From Phoronis australis (Eukaryota > Animalia > Phoronida), in assembly GCA_002633005.1 (NCBI GenBank), contig NMRA01000097.1, positions 831,734 through 895,733 of the forward strand: a DNA stretch of 64,000 nucleotides, written 5' to 3'. Numbering within the stretch: position 1 is the stretch's first letter; every line of letters starts with the position of its first letter. The notes beneath the pieces were generated by a model. It saw only the letters and a list, made by a program, of their open reading frames with translations. It ran no database searches and was not told the origin of the DNA. Shown in pieces: positions 62,401 to 64,000 of this stretch. The position numbers and the translations under genes are program-made.

Positions 62401-64000
62401 ACACAGGCAAATGATTGGACATTGCACACAAGTATCTCCTGCTGTTCAGAGCTGGGTATGATTTATGGAGAACATGGAGTGAATGAAACCCAGAATACAG
62501 TGCAAAAATATTTTTCGGGGGTGCCAACATTAAAAAATAACCACATTTCTAAGGGGTGCCATAAATAAAACAACTTGGTTATCAACGGCATCTACATTAA
62601 AAGATAACCAGACTTCTGGGAGGTGCCAACACTAACAAGTCACCGGGTTTCTGGAGGCACCAACATTGAAAATAACGAGAATTTTGAGGGGTTGCCAACA
62701 TTACAGAATAACCAGATGTCTAGGGGCACCAACATTAAAAATAACAAGAATTCTGAGGGTGCCAACATAGGAAAAAAAAACAGATTTAGGTTTGGTAAAA
62801 TTCATGGGTCAGATTTTGGCAAACAGCTGCGAAAACTTCAGTTGGACCATCACAAACATTTTATTGCCGGTTTTTGAGTGAAACAAATAAATACCAGTCA
62901 AAGTCTGACTTACATCACTAGTGTTTTCTACATCTTCTGTAGTGATATCTTGTGTGGTGAAAGGCAGAGTACCGTCTGTGATGACACGGACCACGCGCAC
63001 TGGTCGTGTAGTCTCTATGGGTGTACTCAATGTCTCTGTAATGTCTGAAGGCCAATCTACAAGTAACGAACATGGTCAATAGATGGCTTTACCAGTCAAT
63101 GTATTTTTAAAAGAAGTTGACCAATGAATCTATGATTACACTGACCTTTGCAAGTGAGTGTAGAGTGTGCTCATTGGTGAGTGAAGAGTGTGCTCACTGG
63201 GTGTAACCAAGACAACTGAGTGTAACCAAGAAAACTGAGTGTTACCAAGACTACAGTGGCAAACTCAGTATTACCCAGTAGTTTTTGTCAATTTACAAAT
63301 TTAACAATTTTACAAATTTCAGTTAACGCTGCAACTATAAGAATACAGCTGAAGATATTTTTTTAAAAAACACTCGTTATATTCCAATCAAATGTTAGAG
63401 AAAACTTGTCAAGTTCTCAGTCACAAAGTATTGTCCGATTCCTATGGTACAACAATAGTCGAAACATTTAACAAAGATCTCACTCTATGCACCCAACAAG
63501 CGAGTTTTACTGTCACAGACAAATGCTGAATCACACCCCTTATAAAATTACTGAAAACAAACACCTCCCAATAAGCAACCATTTCAAAAGTAGATCACAA
63601 CAGACCTGTTAAATGTTCCAAGAAGCATTGTCAAGCATCATTCAAATTGATACATAAGCCATTCACCTCCCATGGTTCAAAGAGTTACTAGTGAAGTAAT
63701 TACTACTGCCATACTCTGCCCCCCACAAAAGGACCTACATCAGCATTTCTGATATTGTGGACAAGATGGCGCCAGTTGTCCCAGTACTCTGGTATTGACA
63801 AAGCACAATGAACCTAAGAACAATATGTTTTTCTAATGACAAAGTCATTGCAAATGTACTCACCTAGATCAATTGTGACATCCTGGTCTGCAGTGTCAGT
63901 TACAACGATTCCGTTCTCCTCTAGTAGAGAGCTGAAGTCAAAGTCAACCAGACCGAGGTCTTCAGTAGGCAGAGGTGAAAGTTCACCCGAGCTGTCCATG
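59488..64000 (-). CDS. CREB3: CREB3-family (Luman/CREB3L3/CREB3L4-like) ER membrane-bound bZIP transcription factor, lacking its 5' end (exons 63864-64000 partial, 62914-63056, 61829-61966, 60282-60615, 59488-59816)
   Basis: ATB-like region [33 protein letters not shown], basic region [26 protein letters not shown], leucine zipper, transmembrane segment [21 protein letters not shown], and an S1P-type site RSRNLL across the last splice junction. Stop codon at 59488-59490. The symbol is family-level only. Confidence 0.92.
62515..62775 (+). repeat. Degenerate tandem repeat of about 30-35 bp, roughly 8 copies, in a CREB3 intron
   Basis: Recurrent GGGTGCCAACATTAAAAATAACC...TTCTG. Confidence 0.8.
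63155..63252 (+). repeat. Short tandem repeats (2 x AGAGTGTGCTCAxTGG; 3 x ACTGAGTGTAACCAAGA)
   Basis: Seen directly in the sequence. Confidence 0.75.

Overview
Eukaryotic (invertebrate animal) genomic DNA, AT-rich, with GT-AG introns. Most ORFs in the supplied track are spurious or are single exons. I reconstructed five spliced genes by hand. (1) The 5' part of a CaMKIV-like kinase (minus strand, exons 7515-7609 and 424-502, running off the left edge). (2) Divergent from it, a C-terminal-motor kinesin-14 of the KCBP / sea-urchin kinesin-C type (plus strand, 14431-46655; 36 coding exons, about 1825 aa). It has a calmodulin-binding-type tail helix, no MyTH4-FERM region, and two RECQL4/Sld2- or FAM13-like 'W..F...NG.P...D' modules in the stalk. 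(3) LSM6 (minus strand). (4) HSCB (plus strand), head-to-head with LSM6. (5) The 3' part of a CREB3-family membrane-bound bZIP gene (minus strand, running off the right edge). The most striking non-genic element is a 451-bp non-autonomous LTR retroelement (TRIM) at 13533-13983. Its LTRs carry tRNA-like Pol III A/B boxes, and it has a tRNA-Ser PBS, a PPT and a 4-bp TSD. Also present are a long-TIR Mutator-like MITE family found near the 5' ends of three genes, several other MITEs and minisatellites, and a 2-kb tandem duplication of two kinesin exons whose junction is a single N (probably an uncollapsed haplotype). All coordinates were read by eye, and no database searches were run.
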